Part shown: positions 60,914 through 64,000 of the stretch, piece after piece
Position numbering within the stretch: position 1 is the stretch's first letter
Layout of the letters: each line of letters starts with the position of its first letter
From: Camelus dromedarius
Taxonomy: Eukaryota
Direction of reading: 5' to 3'
Assembly (NCBI RefSeq): GCF_036321535.1
Contig: NC_087437.1
Span: 32,366,001-32,430,000, forward strand
DNA length: 64,000 nt
The notes under the pieces: generated by a model
What the model was told of the DNA's origin: nothing
The model's database searches: none
Seen by the model: the letters and a program-made list of their open reading frames with translations, nothing else
Position numbers and translations under genes: made by a program

Positions 60914-63900
60914 ATGGCAATAAACACACATCTATCATTAATTACTGTAAATGTTAACGGACTAAATGCTCCAGTCAAAAGACATAGAGTGGCAGACTGG
61001 ATAATAAAGCAAGAACCTTCAATATGCTGCATATAAGAGACCCACTTTAGGGAGAAGGACACACATTCATTAAGAGTGAAAGGATTGAGAAGGATATTCC
61101 ATGCAAATGGAAAAGCCAAAAAAGCAGGTGTTGCAGTACTGATTTCAGACAAAATAGACTTTAAAACAAAGGCCATAAAGAAAGATAAAGAAGGACATTT
61201 TATAATGATTAAAGGAGTGATACAAGATGAGATTATTACACTAGTTAATATATCTGCACCCAATATAGGAGCACCTAAGTACATAAAACAATTACTAACA
61301 GAGATAAAGGAGGATACTGATGAGAATACAATCATAGTTGGAGATTTTAACACCACATTAACATCACTAGACAGATCTTCCAGACAGAAAATAAATAAGG
61401 CAACAGAGAAATTAAATAATACAATAGAAAAATTAGATTTGGTGGATATTTTCAGAGCATTACACCCCAAAAAATAGGATACACATTCTTTTCAAGTGCA
61501 CATGGAACATTTTCCAGGATCGATCATGTACTTGGGCACAAAAGAAATCTCAGCAATTTTAAGAAGATAGAAATTATCTCAAGCATCTTTACTTACCACA
61601 ATGCCATGAAACTAGAAATCAACAACAGAGAAACAAAGGAGAATGAAAGGAAGGCATGGAGATTAAACAATATGTTATTAAAAAACCAATGGGTCAATGT
61701 GGAAATCAAAGCTGAAATTAAAAAATACCTTGAGACAAATGACAATGAAAGCACAACCACACAAAATTTATGGGACACAGCAAAGGCAGTGTCAAGAGGG
61801 AAGTTTATAGCGATACAGGCCTTCCTCAAAAAAGAAGAGCAATCTTAAATAAACAATTTAACCCACCACCTGAATGAATTAGAAAAAGAAGAACAAAAAG
61901 CCCCAAAAAGCAGCAGAAGGAAGGAAATAATAAAGATCAGAGAGGAATTAAATACAATAGAGATTAACAAGACCATAGAAAAAATCAACCAAACCAAAAG
62001 CTGGTTTTTTGAAAAAGTAAATAAAATCGACAAACCTCTGGCCAAACTCACAAAGAAGAAAAAAGAGAGAGCACAAATTAGCAAAATAAGAAAGGAAAAT
62101 GGAGAAATTACAACAAACAAAATAGAAATACAGAATATCATACGAGAATATTATGAAAAACTATATGGAACCAAACTGGATAACCTAGAGGAGATGGACA
62201 AGTTTCTGGAAACATACTGTCCACTAAGACTGAATCAAGAAGAAACTGACCACTTGAACAAACCGATCACTAGAAATGAAATCGAATGAGCAAGAAAAAA
62301 ACCTCCCTACAAATAAAAGTCCAGAACCGGATGCCTTCACCAGGGAATTCTACAAAACATACAAAGAAGAACTCATACCAGTCCTTCTCAAACTCTTCCA
62401 GACGATTGAAAAGGAGGGAATACTCCCAAACTCATTCTATGAAGCCACCATCACCCTGATACCAAAACCAGGCAAAGACACTCCAAAAAAAGAGAATTAT
62501 AGGCCAATATCACTGATGAACATAGACACTAAAATCCTCACCAAAATATTAGCAAATAGAATCCAACAACACATAAAAAAGATTATACATCATGACCAAG
62601 TGGGGTTCATCCCAGGGACACAAGGGTGGTTCAACATATGCAAATCAATCAATGTAATACATCCCATCAACAAGAGAAAGGACAAAAACCAAATGATCAT
62701 CTCAATCGATGCAGAAAAAGCATTTGATAAAATTCAACACCCATTTATGATAAAAACTCTCACCAAAGTGGGTATAGAGGGAACATATCCCAACATAATA
62801 AAAGCTATTATGACAAACCTACAGCCAGCATAGTACTCAACGGTGAAAAACTCAAAAGCTTCCCACTAAAATCTGGGACAAGACAAGGATGCCCACTATC
62901 ACCACTCCTATTCAACAAAATCTTGGAAGTCCTAGCCACAGCAATCAGGCAAGAGAGAGAAATAAAAGGGATCCAAATTGGAAGAGAAGAGGTAAAAGTG
63001 TCACTATATGCCGCCATGTTACTATATATAGAAGACCCTAAAAGGTCCACACAAAAACTACTAGAGCTGATTGAAGAATTCAGCAAGGTAGCAGGTTACA
63101 AGATTAATGTTCAAAAATCAATGCCATTTCTTTACACTAATGATGAATCAAGAGAAAAAGAAAGTAAAGAAACAATCCCCTTTAAAACAGCACCCAAAGT
63201 AATAAAATATCTGGGAATAAATCTAACCAAGGAGGTGAAAGAATTATACACAGAAAACTATAAACCACTGATGAAGAAAATTGAAGAAGACTTTAAAAAA
63301 TGGAAAGATATCCCATGCTCTTGGATTGGAAGAATCAATATTGTTAAAATGGTCGCACTGCCCAAGGCAATCTACAGATTTAATGCAATCCCTATCAAAT
63401 TACCCAGGACATATTTCACAGAACTAGAACAAATCATAATAAAATTTATATGGAACTATCAAAGACCTAGAATTGCCAATGCATTACTGAAGAGAAAGAA
63501 AGAGGCTGGAGGAATAACTCTCCCAGACTTCAGGCAATACTATAGAGCTACAGTCATCAAGACAGCGTGGTATTGGTACAAAAACAGACATATAGACCAA
63601 TGGAACAGAATAGAGAGCCCAGAAATGAACCCACAAACTTTTGGTCAACTCATCTTCGACAAAGGAGGCAAGAATATACAATGGAATAAAGACAGTCTCT
63701 TCAGCAAATGGTGTTGGGAAGACTGGACAGCAGCATGTAAAACAATGAAGCTAGAACACTCCCTTACACCATACACAAAAATCAACTCAAGATGGATCAA
63801 AGACTTAAACATAAGACAAGATACAATAAACCTCCTAGAGGAAAACATAGGCAAAACATTATCTGACATACATCTCAAAAATTTTCTCCTAGAAGAAATA

Positions 63901-64000
63901 AACGCAAGAATAAACAAATGGGACCTAATGAAACTTACAAGCTTCTGCACAGCAAAGGAAACCATAAGTAAAACAAAAAGACAACCTACAGAATGGGAGA
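60914..64000 (+). pseudogene. L1 ORF2p (APE endonuclease plus reverse transcriptase), disrupted
   Basis: [58 protein letters not shown]. Stops at 61034-61036, 61475-61477 and 61846-61848, plus frameshifts; the RT motif is degraded to YAAM. Confidence 0.95.

Larger units (their letters stand above)
57991..64000 (+). mobile_element. 5'-intact LINE-1 (5'UTR, ORF1, inter-ORF spacer, ORF2), running off the window; inactivated
   Basis: GC-rich 5'UTR starting ggagaggagcccaagatggc, with ORF1 and ORF2 (EN and RT) homology. Confidence 0.97.

Noticed and set aside
59706..63965. Long minus-strand ORFs (e.g. 60790-61470, 226 aa)
   Set aside because: Antisense shadows of L1 ORF1/ORF2.
1..64000. CRISPR arrays, operons or prokaryotic defence/RT systems
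   Set aside because: The sequence is clearly mammalian, with no regularly spaced repeat-spacer array; the only RT belongs to LINE-1.

Overview
This is mammalian, AT-rich, essentially non-coding DNA: an intron of a large gene or a gene desert. A tRNA-Ala-derived SINE resembling the camelid Vic-1 family, and no recognisable Alu, B1, Bov-A or SINEC, suggest a camelid (alpaca/camel); this is an inference. No complete host protein-coding gene is visible, and nearly all ORFs in the track are spurious or L1-derived. Much of the window is old interspersed repeat (L1M, L2, MIR, MLT1, LTR16/LTR47, MER5A, MER63, MER104). Younger L1s include a 5'-intact but inactivated element at 57991->64000, nested in an older L1. 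The unique stretches hold enhancer-like motif clusters, a CTCF/YY1 cluster, candidate minus-strand exons (39177-39245, 9778-9926, 6496-6544, 4631-4863) and a possible plus-strand non-coding exon chain near 17.8-18.7 kb. The most notable items are: a minus-strand hairpin wrapping a candidate small exon; a 38-nt tailless 5S rRNA retropseudogene with TSDs inside a MER104; a perfect 14-bp palindrome carrying two AP-1 sites; and an ORF0-like antisense ORF/splice-donor layout in the L1 5'UTR. Repeat family names come from recalled consensus sequences, not a database search, and boundaries of old repeats are approximate. I could not identify the host gene and found no clear evidence of a wholly new biological system.
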